DNA from: Camelus dromedarius
Lineage: Eukaryota
Length of the DNA stretch: 64,000 nt
Assembly: GCF_036321535.1 (NCBI RefSeq)
Contig: NC_087436.1
Location: forward strand, 121,832,001 to 121,896,000
Direction: 5' to 3'
Below are positions 26,763-40,580 of this stretch, piece by piece; positions within the stretch are counted from its first letter, which is position 1; every line of letters begins with the position of its first letter. The notes beneath the pieces are model-generated. The model searched no databases. It saw only the letters and a program-made list of their open reading frames with translations, and had not been told where the DNA came from. The position numbers and the translations under genes are program-made.

Positions 26763-27279
26763 AATGTCCATCGGCAGATGACTGGATAAACAAGTGGTGG
26801 TATATTTATACAATGGAATACTACTCAGCCATAAAAAAGAGTAAGATGCCATTTGCAGCAGCATGGATGGACCTGGAGATCCTCATTCTAAGTGAAACCA
26901 GAAAGAGAAAGACAAATACCATATGATATCACTTATATGTGGAATATTTTAAAAAAAATGACACAAATGAACTTATTTACAAGACAAACAGACTCACAGA
27001 CAGAAAACAAACTTATGGTCACCAGGGGGTTTGGGGGTGGGAAGGGATAAACTGGGAGTTTGAGATTTGCAGATACTATCATATATAAAATAGATAAACA
27101 ACAAGTTTCTTCTATATAACACGGAACTATATTCATTATCTCACAGCAACCTATAAAGAAAAAGAATATGAAAACAATTATACATGTACATGTATGACTG
27201 AAACATTATGCTGTACACCGGAAATTGACACACTGTAAACTGATTATACCACAATTAAAAAAAATTAGCTAAAAAAAAA
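26763..27279 (+). mobile_element. 5'-truncated L1 (ORF2 C-terminus and 3'UTR), similar to the 3' end of the 3850-10863 element
   Basis: CPSADDWINKWWYIYTMEYYSAIKK, 3'UTR motif tgtatgactgaaacattat, A-tail. Confidence 0.9.
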
Positions 27280-30200
27280 TACATACGGAGGAAAAAAACA
27301 TGACGATTTGGTTTATTTCACTACCTTCTGCACATGTCATCACAGCTTTTTAAAAGACATTTACAGAGTTGCTTCTCCAGCTTAGAGTGACTCTATTAAT
27401 TTAAAATGCTGTAAGAAATCCAGATTACCAAGTCTACAATGGCTCACAGAATGTGCATTCTTACAAATGGAAGGTCTGAACACACTGCATCCGGCCCTGG
27501 AGGGAGAAGTAAGACTAAGATATCTGTCCAAGGTAGTACAGGTCCAAACTGGCCCTAGACTGAGCAGACGACAACCAGACGCCAAAGACACTGCTGCCCA
27601 GGTGCCCAGAACCCCTAATTCTGAAGAACTCCCGGGCTATTCAGTGGAAAAGGTGAAACTATTCCAAAGTGAAGATGAGAAATCATGCTTTAAGTTGCTA
27701 TTACTTAAAATCAGGTGTGAAACCCGCCCGACATACATGAATCACCCAGCATCTGAGTCTAAGAGGATGGCTCCACTTTCAAGAGCATCTGAATGAGACG
27801 AAATCAAATTACGACAACATGCCAGTCCTAGAATTCCGAGGACAAATACGTGAATCCCAAGACCATTCCAAAAATTGTGACTTTGTGGCCAGATTCTAGC
27901 TAATATTTGGGTCCAACTGATTATGAAAGCATATTTTGTTTTAATGGAATCAGCTAAAACAAAAACGGGGAGCTCCAGGGCCTTGACACCTGCTGCTCCC
28001 TCTGCCTGGGAGACTCGCACCCAGATGCCATGCACAGCTTTGTTCTCTCACTGCCTCTGGGTCTCTGCTCCTTGTTCTTCCTGTGCTGCCTTCCCTGACA
28101 CCCTACTTAACACTGCAGGCGCCAGGCCCACATGCCCCACCCGGCCACTCACCACCCCACCGCCCTACCTAATTTACTGTCTTTTCCCATGCAAGGAGGC
28201 AGGAGGATCTTCCACTGCTTTGTCCACCATGCACCCTCAGTGTGAAGGACAATCCTGACACTTAACAGATGCTCTAAATGTACAACGAATGAACCAGCAA
28301 GTCAGTGAACGCAGATCTCAGGTGTACCCCTCACAGCTCTCAAGCGTATTCCAGGATGTTAAAAACGCCATACTTCTCACTAGTAAAACTGACAAACTGC
28401 ATTAGCCTCATATCTGTACAATTATGTTTAAATATGACTGAATAAACTACCTTTGGACTGCTTTTGTATTACTGCTAAGTAAAGTCTAGTTTTTAGAAGG
28501 TTATCAACAGAATTTCCATTACAATTTCTCAGCCCCACACATGGGTTTCTGATCTGCTGGCTCTTCACAAGAGTCTGGATGAGTAAGCCCATGAGTGTTT
28601 CAATAAAAAACTAGGACAGTATTGAAACAAATTGTGTTTAACTTCCGGAATGAGCTAAAGACTTACTGCTATCCAGTCATGAGTTTCCACGCCGCAGGAA
28701 AGGGAAGAGAACAATCTTAACAAGGTCCTCCCATGCTCCAGAATCAGAATTATCTACATCTGCAATCAACTGTGTACATAAGAAAACGTATTCAGGGAAC
28801 TATCTCCTAAGATGTAAGTTCTAATTCTCCAAATAGCCACCCTCCTTTTCAGAGCAGTGCCATTCCTGTCTGTGCTGCTTATCCTGCAGCCGCTATACCT
28901 GGAAGCATCACCCACACCTCACTGCAGGAAACACTGGCCTCGAGAACCTCCCTGTATCTTTTGAACATCTGGACTAAAGTGGCGGGCCTCTATCGAAACT
29001 CACATGGTGGAAAATTTCTACACTTCAACTATGATACGGAAATTCTTAGAGAACTTTAAAAAAAAATTCCTAATACTACATACACCTCGTTTGAATCACT
29101 TAACAAACACTGGGCTATGAACAAGGTGCAATACCTCAAAATTTTTCTGTATTCAACAAACTTTCAGTCCAGTAAAAGACAATAAAGGTGCAGGTACTTA
29201 CAACTGTGTTAAGTGTCACAGAGGTACAGAAACTGCGGGTGCTGAGAGAGGAGCCGGGAAGAGAGGGGAGAAGGAGGTGCCGGGACAGGACAGTAGGAGT
29301 CTTAGGAGGCATGACTGCAAGGAAGGGGTGGAGAACGGAGAAGTGGGAGGAAGCTTTCCTGAGGAGCAGAGGTGGGGAGCCAAGACCCAGATGCGAGGTG
29401 CGAGAAAGACGACAGGAGGAAGGCGCTCAGGGGGAGGGGGCTGGTCCCCAGCACGTGGCACTCAGGGAAGACCTGAGCACCCACATCACAGGCCGTGCGT
29501 CCAGGCAGGACACAGGCCATGCATGGAGGGCACTATACATCTCTCACCAGTAACACAGGAGGCACTCAGACTCAGCTGATGAATGTAATTTACATGCAAT
29601 TAAAAAAGACCAAACACACATACAATAACATAAAAACAAAATCATATAGTTTTGCCAACTTGTCTTCTTTTTTAATAACAATACTGAAAACCCTTTCATA
29701 TCACAAAAACCTATGAGAAAAAAATTTAAGCAGACCAGTGTGACTGAATGTACTTTACTATTTTTAAAAATCTTGGTATCTTTGTGTTCAAACCAGATTT
29801 CTGGAGCATTGTAAATTCAATTATTTAGAAATATGGTTTTACTGCCAGTCTTCAATGAAAATGGTCCTTCTCTTTCACAGACATACAGATCTAAACAGAA
29901 GAAACACACTACTGGCTGTACTTACTAAATCATGCTAATCGATTTTCCATCCCGTCAATCAATTATGCAAGGCTTTCGCTGAAATTCAGCTAGTCAATTT
30001 TCACCCTTCTCATCCGAGTTCTTCGTTCTTACACAGAATCAGAAGGTATGGCCTTCTTGTATTTTTAACAAATAAGTTGAAAACCAGTGTTACAACAGGA
30101 AGTTTTGGGGATTTTTTTTTTTTTTTGGTGTTTTTTCCAACAGGAAGTTTTTAAACAGGCTAAAACCTTCATTCCTAAGTTTAAGTGTGCAGTAAGATGA

Positions 30201-31379
30201 CTATTCTTAGCAAAACAAAAACATATAATGGAGACAACTTGAAACATCCATTTTCAAAATGCCCTCTACAGCAAGAGTTTCTTTCAAAAAACAACTTTCT
30301 ACTCATCGCTAAAATATCACCTTTACCTTGAGAGGGCAGAGTGTTTATTTTCTCAAAAATACTGAATTGGCTAGGTAGCCTTCTACTGACAGCCACTTAT
30401 TACAGAAAAGGTCAGCAAATTTAGACCACTTGTTCTTATGTAAAAGAAAAACAATTCACTTCAGAATAGGCAATGCTTTCAACTTTGCCACAAAATAACC
30501 AGCAAACCTCTGTGTCCTGCCAAATATTTTCACAGTTACTCCCCATCTCATTACAGACGCTGTAAAGATTTACTACTTTGTAAAGGTCTCAGGCTGATCC
30601 CTTATGTGCTTCTGGCTTCAATTTGTTGCTTTAAGAACATCCCTATGCATCATGTGGTGAATAAATTTCACATGTGTTGTTCTTTCTGCACCCCAAGAAT
30701 TTTTTTAAAACTACAGTGGCTGCTCCATCACTTGTTACACCATGTCTTCCCACAAAACCAATCATTTCAGAACATATATACTCTAGGCTCAGCAGCTCAC
30801 AGGCAAAAAAAGACTCAATCTGAATCTACTACCAAAAAGCACACACTGAAACCTGTTCAGAAACACCGTGTTTCCATCATCCCAGGACAATCCCTCCACA
30901 CATCATGCTATTCTAATTATTCACTTTTTTCAAATCTTCTACCATATTTTCTATGAATATTCCAAAAGCATCTGCTAATAAAGCAATGCACTTATTTTGC
31001 TGATATGCTGTTTCCCTTGAATTCCGGCCTCTTGGCCTGCTCCCTCACCCCTAGCTGGCAGAGCTGGGTGTCCCCAGTGGTATGTGGACGTTGTCTTTCA
31101 GTGTTAAGAAGCACTGCAGATGCTGTGGCCTGGCTTGGCCAGCTCCACACTGAGTACTGTACTTCTGTCCTGGAAGTCACTCTTGGAAGCCCAGCCTAGA
31201 GACCCTGCTCCACCAGCCCTTTGCAAAGCTTTGTATGTTCCTGCTTCGCTAGATTAAATGTCTGTCTGTGCAAATTAGTTGAAGTTGCTTCTGCCCTGGA
31301 CCTTATAGAACTGTAAGTGGTTTTTTGTTTTTTTTTTTTTATCGCCGTTTTTAACTGTATCTGCTCTTCTTTCTGAATT

Positions 31380-32125
31380 GCTTTTTTTAAAATTTAAGTA
31401 TAGTTGATTTACAATGTGTTAGTTTCTGGTGTACAGCATAGTGATTCATAATATATACACATATATTCTTTTCCATTATGGTTTATTACAGGATATTGAA
31501 TATAGCTCCCTGTGCTATATACAGCAGGACCTTGTTGATCTGTTTTATTATATAGTAGTTTGTATCTGCTAATCCCAAACTCCTAATTTATACCTCCCTG
31601 CCCCTCTTTTCCCTTTGGTAACCACAAGTTTGCTTTCTATGTCAGAGTCTGTTTCTGTTTTGTAAATAATTCATTTGTCTCATTTTTAAGATTCCACATA
31701 TGAGTGATAGCATATGGTATTTGTCCTTCTCTTTCTGACTGACTTCACTCACCATGATCATCTCTAGGTCCATCCATGTGGCTGCAAATGGCATTATTTC
31801 ATTCTTTTTATGGCTGAGTCGTATTTCATTGTATATACATACCACAACTTCTTAGTCTATTCATCTGCTGATGGGCCCTTTGTTTGCTTCCATGTCTTGG
31901 CTATTGTAAATGGTGCTGCTATGAACACTGGGATGCATGTATTTTTTCAAATCGTAGTCTTTTCTGGATATATGCCCAGGAGTGGGACTGCTGGATCATA
32001 TGGCAACTCTATTTTTAGTTTTTTAAAGGTGACTCCATACTGTTTTCCATAGTGGTTGAACCAATTTACATTCCCACCAACAGTGTAGGAGGGTTCCCTT
32101 TTCTCCACACCCTCTCCAGCATTGT
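31380..32125 (-). mobile_element. 5'-truncated L1, minus strand
   Basis: KKNEIMPFAATWMDLEMIMVSEVSQKEKDKYHM on the minus strand, with a T-rich tail on +. Confidence 0.9.
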
Positions 32126-35100
32126 TACAGAAATGTAAATTTCCTCAGAAGGAGTTCATCTTTAAGCTTAATGAAATTTTATAAAGCACTAGACTGAGTA
32201 ATGCATGACTTATACACACGGCTACAAAATGCACAGGTGTTATTTCTCTTCTGGATGCTTAGTTTATAAACATTTTGCTGGCTGTGAAGGCTACATACTT
32301 TCCTTCTCTAACATCTCAAGACCACTTTGGACATGGTTAGTCATTAATAAAAGTGGATATAACTCCACACTTCAAACAATCTTTGAGCCAATTCTTGGTT
32401 CTGCTTACATCATTTCCTTAGCCTCACTGCGTCCTTAACAAAGAACTCATGCAGGAAGTAGGACGGGTGGCTCTTCCACCACTTTCCTTGTTGTTTCATT
32501 CGCTTTCATTATTAGCATTATCTTCAATCCAGGGTTTCTCTTAAGACTATTTTGTGAGGATCAGATTAATTAAAATTAGACAGCAGAATTCATGAATGTA
32601 CTTAATGAGCACTCACTGTCATAAGCTTCAACACTCTGTAAGTGAACAAATGTCCTCTCTTGCCTCAAGATATCTCAGGAGTCATGCAAGACTAATGACT
32701 CTGAAACACAGATCAAGTGAGGGTGTCAGGCTCGATCCACATACTAAACATCTGTAAATTGTAATGTCTTATTTGAAAATATAAGGACTGACACGTTCTT
32801 CCTGCATCACAAGAGAGCACCTTAGCTATCCTACTGTGCCCCTGCAGCACACCACATGGTTGCTAGAGGCCCCTGCAGCAGAGAATGGGAAGTCTCTGAA
32901 AGTGTGTGACCAAAGCAGTGACAATCAGAGGCCCACCAAGTTGGAAAAGCCCTTCAAGAGCAGCTAGCACAGTCTTCCTGCCTGACAGGTGCCCACTGCA
33001 CGGCCACACGCAGCTGCCTGAGAGCTTTAGACAAAAGCTTATTTTGATAAACTTTCTAGCAAACAAACCAGTAACACCCAAACACTACTCTGTCTAAGCA
33101 TGGACAAGGTGAGTCCACTCACCAGACGTGAGGGGAAAACAGGCCTCAACCATCATTCTAGCAAGTACAACCATGGTGTTAGAGACTTACTGATCAACCA
33201 TTTGAGTTTCTAACTATGACCAGAAATCTCCACCAACACATGGTAAAAAACGTAAAGTGTAAGTCTGAGCTTGAGAGGAAGAACTGGACACGGACTCACC
33301 TGCATCGAGGTAAGTGTTGTTATGTGTAGGAATAAGGAAGCTCAGCAAAGCCAGGAGGACAGTGCCATAAAGGAAGGCAAAAGAGGGTCCCAGAAAAGCA
33401 TTTATAATCAAGGTCACGTGCAACAAGCTCGAAGGATATCAGGACTGAAAAACAACTACTGGACTTGGTAAGAGTCCGATCATTTCAGGGCCTCTGGGAA
33501 GGCTGATTAAAGTGGTAAATGAAAGAGCTGCTTAAGGGAGCAAAACAGGAACTGAGGATGAAGGAAGTAGAAGCAAGCAGTATCCACCAGCATTATTAAC
33601 CAGTATTTCAAGTTATTTTGCTGGCAATGGGGAGGACAAAGTCAGATAGAAATTTGCCTTAAATGGTTAAGCAAAGTCTAGAAATGGACTGACAGCGAAG
33701 GGAAAACAGGAAACTCAAAATCTGAATGTTAAGGAAAGTAACCCAATAGAGGAGGAAGAGAAAGAACGGAGAGGTTCAGAAGAGCCTTTGAAGACCTTGA
33801 GGTCACTTAATCATAGACAAATTTTGCAGTGAGTTTCCACAGATTAACAAGCTCACTAAAATCTACCAGTTATGAACCTCTGGAGTATAGGATTAACTTT
33901 GGAAAAGGGGACAAATGTTTTCTTCCAAATTAGAAGACAAAGACAACAGCCTTCAGAAAAAAGGGGAGGAGGGCAGAACTGCAGGAGCTCACGTCAACTG
34001 GCCTGGACCTCAGAGCAACGTTTTTGGAGCAGGTACTGTGTGCCGAGGAAACCAGAGCATGGCTTAGAGAAAACACTCCAGGGATCCAGTCTAAGGGGCA
34101 GGGCCAAGCGGAGGGCAGGCACCAAGGGAGCCCAGAAGGGAGACAACAGCCCAGCCTAGACTGGTGAAGGCAACGCCTCCCATCAGGACAGCACCTGACC
34201 TCCTCTTGGAGAGAAACCTCAAGTTAACTGGACAAAGAAGGGAGAGAAACACTGCGCAGGACAAGACCCAACAAAGGCACAGAGGCGAGGAGGACGCGGC
34301 CCAGTTGCGCTGTGCAGGCCACACCACGTGAGCACGACAATGTGGCTGCTACAGCGCCAGACAAGGGGGCGACAGCAGCGGGACAACAGAGCAGAAGGAA
34401 GTCAGCTAAGAGCAAGAAGGATGAGAAGCCGGCCACTGGGCCAGAGTCTGGCACACAAGGTGCGGTGGGAAGGACAAGCGAAGGTGTCCTCAAGGAAGGG
34501 TGAAGGCTCCCAGCTGCCGAGGCGGGCGGGCAGACCTATAAGGAGGAAGCAGAGGTGGAGAAAGCAGCGGCAGGGGGCGCTCACAAGGCTGGCTCCGAGA
34601 GAGGAGGCTTGGGCTGGGCTGAGAACAGGGAAGAGCAGGACAGGAGGATCTCCACATCCCAGGTAGAAATGCCACCAGGAGCTGAGAGGAGCAAGAGGGG
34701 ACACTGACTAGGACAATCAGTAATTTTTCAAACTCAATTCTTTGGGTCTCAGTTTCCTCAGCAAGTAAATCCTGTCGCAGCAGTAAATACACGTTCTGCT
34801 GTTGTCCGGTCCAGTTCTGAAGTTCTGTGGGTCTGCGATTTGCCAATCCCAGCATTCCAACTGGGACACCAGTGTGGACATCTGCAAATGTGCAAACACA
34901 CCAAGAACAGGGCACTCACGGTGTGCAGAGAGGCATGTAACTAGAATAACTGTTGACAGAGCCAACTTTCCTACTATTTAAAAAAAAAAAACAACAAACT
35001 GAGATACAACTGACCCACTATCCTTTTAGAGGAAGAGAGAATATTGATAGTAGCTACAATTTAAGCAACTTAGTGCGTGATGTTACCTTTTATGCTTTTC

Positions 35101-35539
35101 AACAGAAAACAGCAACAATATTACAAGCACGGTCAAGAATTCACCTACGGAACTCCTTTCTCCAAGGCAACCAAACAGCTTCGACAAGAGGCTGGTGACT
35201 CCCTTCTCTAAGCTGTCCTGGCCGTCAGCTAGAGATGCACTCGCAGCAGCAGTCACCCCGCCAGCAGCCTCTAAGGGGCTGAGCGCTCAGCAGGGACCTG
35301 CAGAGAGCAGCTGGGCTACCTCATCACAGTGGACTAACCACCAGCATTTCCAGAGGAAATAACTAGGTTGCAGCAAACCATTAAATAGTAAACAACTTCC
35401 CTGAATTTTAGCATGAACACAATATTACTACCATGCTGTACACATAAATATTAATTAGCTTTTGAGGGCTTTCTTGAGGAAAATGAAAATTAACATTCCC
35501 ATTTCACAGGTGATGCAGCTAAAATTAACTAAAATTGAA

Positions 35540-35825
35540 ATTCTGGGCCACTAAATGCAATGTATTGTCCTAGATTCAATCCAGAAACAGAAATTGGATA
35601 ATTGTGGAAAAATCTGTGAAACCGCAAAAAAGCCTGTGGTTAAATAATACCATACCGATTTAAATTTCTTAGTTTTGACAAATATACCAAGGTTAAGTAA
35701 TACATCAACATTATGGAAAGGTGGTTGAAGAAAATATGGGAACTCTATACTAACTTGGTAACTTTCTGTAAGTCTAAAATTATTCCAAAATAAAAAGTTT
35801 ATAAAGAAAAAACAAAACAAAAAAA
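35540..35825 (+). mobile_element. L1MC-type 3' end fragment
   Basis: taccgatttaaatttcttagttttgacaaatatacc...gtaagtctaaaattattccaaaataaaaag. Confidence 0.65.
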
Positions 35826-36349
35826 CCCTGGGCCATAAGAAGTTAAATTTCCCAACTTCTCATTGAGTTTTAAGATGTAACTAATGTCCTCAAAGTACTC
35901 AACAGAAAAATGTTCTTTGCGTTCTATGCATGAAAAAAGCCAATTTCCATAGAAAATGTGGTAATTCAATGCCACAAACGTTACTGGAATTACTTTAATG
36001 TAATCTAGAAACTAACATTCACTTATACAGTTAAAAAAAATGTTTGGAAGCCCATGAGATACAAATTATTTGATTTCAGCTCATTCTGGTTATACTATCT
36101 CAAAAATAAAGTCACCTCGTGTCTTCACGCTAGAGTATTCTAGCAAATGAGTTCAGAAAGCCTGTAGGGTTAAAAAAGTCCAACAGAGAGAGCTACACAC
36201 TGCCCAGAAGCATCCCACACAAGCACCAAATAGAACTCAATCAGTAATCAAGTCAGGACAACAGGCCTCAAGTTAATAAGCACACTTCACACGTGCATTA
36301 TAAATAAAGGTGAAAATATGAATATGTGATTAATGAAAATTAATCTAGC

Positions 36350-39300
36350 AGCTGTGTATAAGAAACCCAGTTCAAAGTAAAGGTAGGTTAAAAGTAACAG
36401 AATAGAAGAAGATTTACCATGAAAATACCAAGTAAAAGAAAGCTGGAATGGCCATGTGAGCATCAGACAAAGCAGACTTCACAGCCAAGAAAACCGCCAG
36501 GGATAAGAGGAACGTAACTTAGCTGACAAAATATGGTCAATTCACCAGAAAGACATGACAATCATAAATGTATCTGAGCCAAACAAAAGAGCTTCAAAAT
36601 ACATGAAACAGAAACTAAACAAACTGTGGGGGTAACTCAATAAATCCACAATTTTAGTAACAGACTTCAACCCTCCTCTCTCAGCAACTGATGAAACTAG
36701 TAAACAATCAGCAAAAGTTTAGAATTAAACAAAATAATCTGACATTCAAGAGAACACTCCACTCAATAATAACAAAATATACATGTCTCAGTGCATAAAT
36801 AATAGATGCTAAGATAGACGACAAAACCTTGAAATTTTTCGAAGAATTAAGAATCATAAAAGGATGTTCTCTGACCATACTGGGATCAGACTAGGACACA
36901 GTAACGTGAAAACAGCAAATTAAACAGCATCTTAATAATCTGTGAAGCAAAGAGGAAGATTTAAGGGAAATTAGAAAATATTTTAAACTGAATGAAACTG
37001 AAAGTACAACATACCAAAATTTGTGGGATGACGCTGAAGTATGTGATGTTTATAGCACTAAATATGTATATTAGGGAAGAAAAATGGCCTCAAATCAATA
37101 ACCTAAGGTTCTACTCTAACAAATTGGAAAAATTAAAAATCAAAATAAACCCAAAGCAAGCAATACAGCAAAGGGTGTTTAAAAAAAAAAATCAAAACAA
37201 TAGGGAAAAAAATCAATAAAACTAAAAGCTGGTTCTTTAAAAAGATAAAAAACTTAAGGAACCCCTATTAAGACCGGCAGAAAAGAGAGCAAATTGCCAA
37301 TATCAGGAGTGAAAGAGGGGACACAGACCTTCACAGATATTAAAAGGATAATAAAGACAGACTACAGACAACTTTACACACATAAATCAACAACTAAAAT
37401 GAAATGGACCAATTCCTTGAAAAGCACAAACTACTAAAATAGAAGGCAACAATTGTTAACTTGCTTTATGAGGCCAGCACTATACTGATACCAAAATCAG
37501 GCAAGGACAATACAAGAAAACCACTGACATATATCCCATAAAAACAGATGCAACAACGCTCAACAAAATATCAGTACAATGAATCCAGCAATTATTTCAA
37601 GAAGAGTAATATACCATGATCTAGCAGGGTTTATTCCAGGAATGCAAAGCTGGTCCAATATTCAAAAATCAATAATATGATCTACCACATTAACAATCTA
37701 AAGAAGAAAAAAACACATGGTCATATCAATTGATTCAAAAAACACTTCGCAACTTTAACATCCACTGATAAAACTCTCAGCAAACTAATAAAGGAAGAAA
37801 AACTTCCTCAGCATGATAATGGGCAACTCAAAAAATCCACAGTAGACATCATTCTTTATGGTGAAAGACTAAACGCTTTCCCCCTAAAATCAGAAACAAA
37901 GAAATTGTACTAAAAGCCCTATCAAGTGCAATAAAGAAAGAAAAAGAAATAAAAGGCATACAGAATGAAAAACAAACCAAAAAATTCACTGTTCACAGAC
38001 AACATGATTACCTACACAGAAAATCCCAATAAATCCACAAAAAATTCCCAGAATATATGATTTTAGTAAAATCAACAGACATTAGTTGAATACACAAAAA
38101 TTAATCATATTTCTATATATCAGCAATGAATAAATAGAAACTGAAATTCTTAAAAACACCATTTTTTACAAAATTTGAAAAAATAAAATACTTTATAAAT
38201 CTAACAAAACATGGTACAGGATCTGTATGCTGAAAACATACAAAACATAGATGAAAGAAATCAGAGATGTACTATATATCAATTCTATCTCAATTTAAAA
38301 AAGAAAGGAATCAAAGATGACCAAATAAATAGAAACATATACCATGTTCACAGTTTGGAAGATTCAACACAGTAAGTATGTCAATTTCCCCCCAAACTGA
38401 TCTACAGATTCCAATCAAATCCCAATAGAATTACCTGTAAGACACAGACAAGCTGATTCCAAAATGTCTGCAAAAGCAAAACAACTATAAAAGCAAAATG
38501 AAATAGCAAAAACATTTCTTTTTTGGTTGGAGGAATCACCTTGCCAATTTTAAGACTTATAGTAATCAAGACAGTGTGGTATGGGCAACGGGAGAGACCC
38601 ATAGATCAACAGACCAGAACAGAACACAGTCCAGAAATAACCTACGCAAATAAGGTCAACTGATTTTTGACAGAAGTGAAAAGTCAATTCAGTGGAGAAA
38701 GGATATCCTTTCAATAAATGGGTTTGAAGCAACCTGACATCCATGGGCGGGGGGAGGGGAATCCCTACCAGAATCTGATACCTTATACAAAATTAACGAA
38801 AATGAAAATCACAGATCTAAATGTAAAATTATGACATTTTTAGGAAAAAAAATAAGAAAAATATCCTTATAACCTGCGATTTTATAAAACAAAGAGTTCT
38901 TAGACATGACACGAAAAAGTATGATCCATAGAAGAAAAAAATTGGAAGCTGAACTACATCAAAATATTTTTTTCTTTTTGCAAAAAACAGTTAATAGAGT
39001 AAGACAAGCTACAGACTATAAGAAAATGTTTGTTAATCATATATCCTGATATAGGACTCATATCGAGAATTACAAAGAACTATCAAATCTCAAAGAAAAT
39101 AAACAATTCAATCAAAAATAAGCAAATTCTTGGGGGGATGGCATAGCTCAGTGGCAGAGCACGTGCTTAGTGTGCACGAGATCCTGGGTTCAAATCCCAG
39201 TACTTTCATTAAAATTAAATAAACAAATAAATAAATAGAATAAAACCTAATTACTTCCCCCCAAAATTTAAAAAAAAGACTCTTTAATAAACACTTTACC

Positions 39301-40580
39301 CAAGAGGATACAAGAATGACAAATAAAGAAATGAAAAGTATTCAGTGTCAGTAGTCACTGGGGAAACGCAAATTAAAACCACAATGCCACTACACACCCA
39401 TTTATCAAAATGGTTAAAATAAAATCTACTGACAGTGTCAAGTGCTACCACGGATGTAGAGCAAGTGAACTCTCACACACTGCTGATGGGAAGTCAAAAT
39501 GGTACAGCCACTCTGGAAAACAGGTTTGCAGTTTCTTATAATGCTATCGCATGACTCTGCTCCCACTCCTTGGTATTTATCCTAAGGAAATGAAAATTTA
39601 CCTTCACACAAAAACTTGTACACAAATGCTTATAGCGGCTTTATTTATATCATCAAAACCTGAAAAAACCCCAATGTCCACTAAAGAGAGAATGGATGAA
39701 CTGTGGTACACCCATTCAATGGAACACTACTTGGCAGTAAAAAGGAACAAACTACTAATATGTGAAGCAACTTGGATGAATCTCAGAATGATTATGCTGA
39801 GTGAAAGGAATCAGGCTCAAAAAGCTACATACTGTATGATTCCATTTATATGACTGCTGCAAAAGACAAAATCATAGTAACAAAGTACTGGCTGTCCAGA
39901 GTTTAGGGGTGGGGTAGTGTTCTTGTATAGGAAGAGCATGAGGGAGCTTTTGTGGGTAATGAAATTGCTCTGAATCCTGTGACAGTGAATACATGAATCT
40001 ACACATGCGTTAAAAATCAAAATAATGGTACATTAAAAAATACAAACTTTACTACATGTTGATTTTTAAATTAGCATGTTAAGAAAACCTCTGAGAAAAA
40101 CTCTCTGGCAGTATCTACTAAAGTCAAGCCACAGGTATACTTAGCAATTCCACTTCAGGTATACACTCATTGAAAATGAGCACTCTTATCCACCAAAAGT
40201 CCCATACAGGAATGTGCACACCAGCTTGATTCATACCAGCCATAAAATGAAATAACGCAAATGTCCGTCAATAGTAGAATGGGTAAGTGGTGGAATATTC
40301 GCACAATGGAAAACTGCCTGCCGTGAAAAAGAAGGATGAACATCAACAACACCGAAGCATCTTAGATATAACATTGAGCCAAACAGCACTAGCAGAAAGC
40401 ACTTTTATGTGAAGTTCAAAACCAGGCAAAACGCATGAGAACAGCAGTGGGGTGAGGACGCGGGAAGATGCTTTGCCTGTGTTCTGCACGCTGAAAGACT
40501 GGTTACGTGGGGTACACATGAAGGACTGCATCACAGACACGCTCACGTACCTGCACGACACCGATAATCTCAGCGAAATC
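36350..40580 (+). mobile_element. Old L1 ORF2 and 3'UTR (L1M-type) with an adjoining older 3' fragment
   Basis: Continuous decayed endonuclease-to-C-terminus text, e.g. LLGIYPKEMKIYLHTKTCTQMLIAALF. Confidence 0.85.
39132..39277 (+). mobile_element. tRNA-Ala-derived SINE inside an old L1
   Basis: catagctcagtggcagagc...ggttcaaatccc, followed by AAAT repeats and the cctaattac tail motif. Confidence 0.88.
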
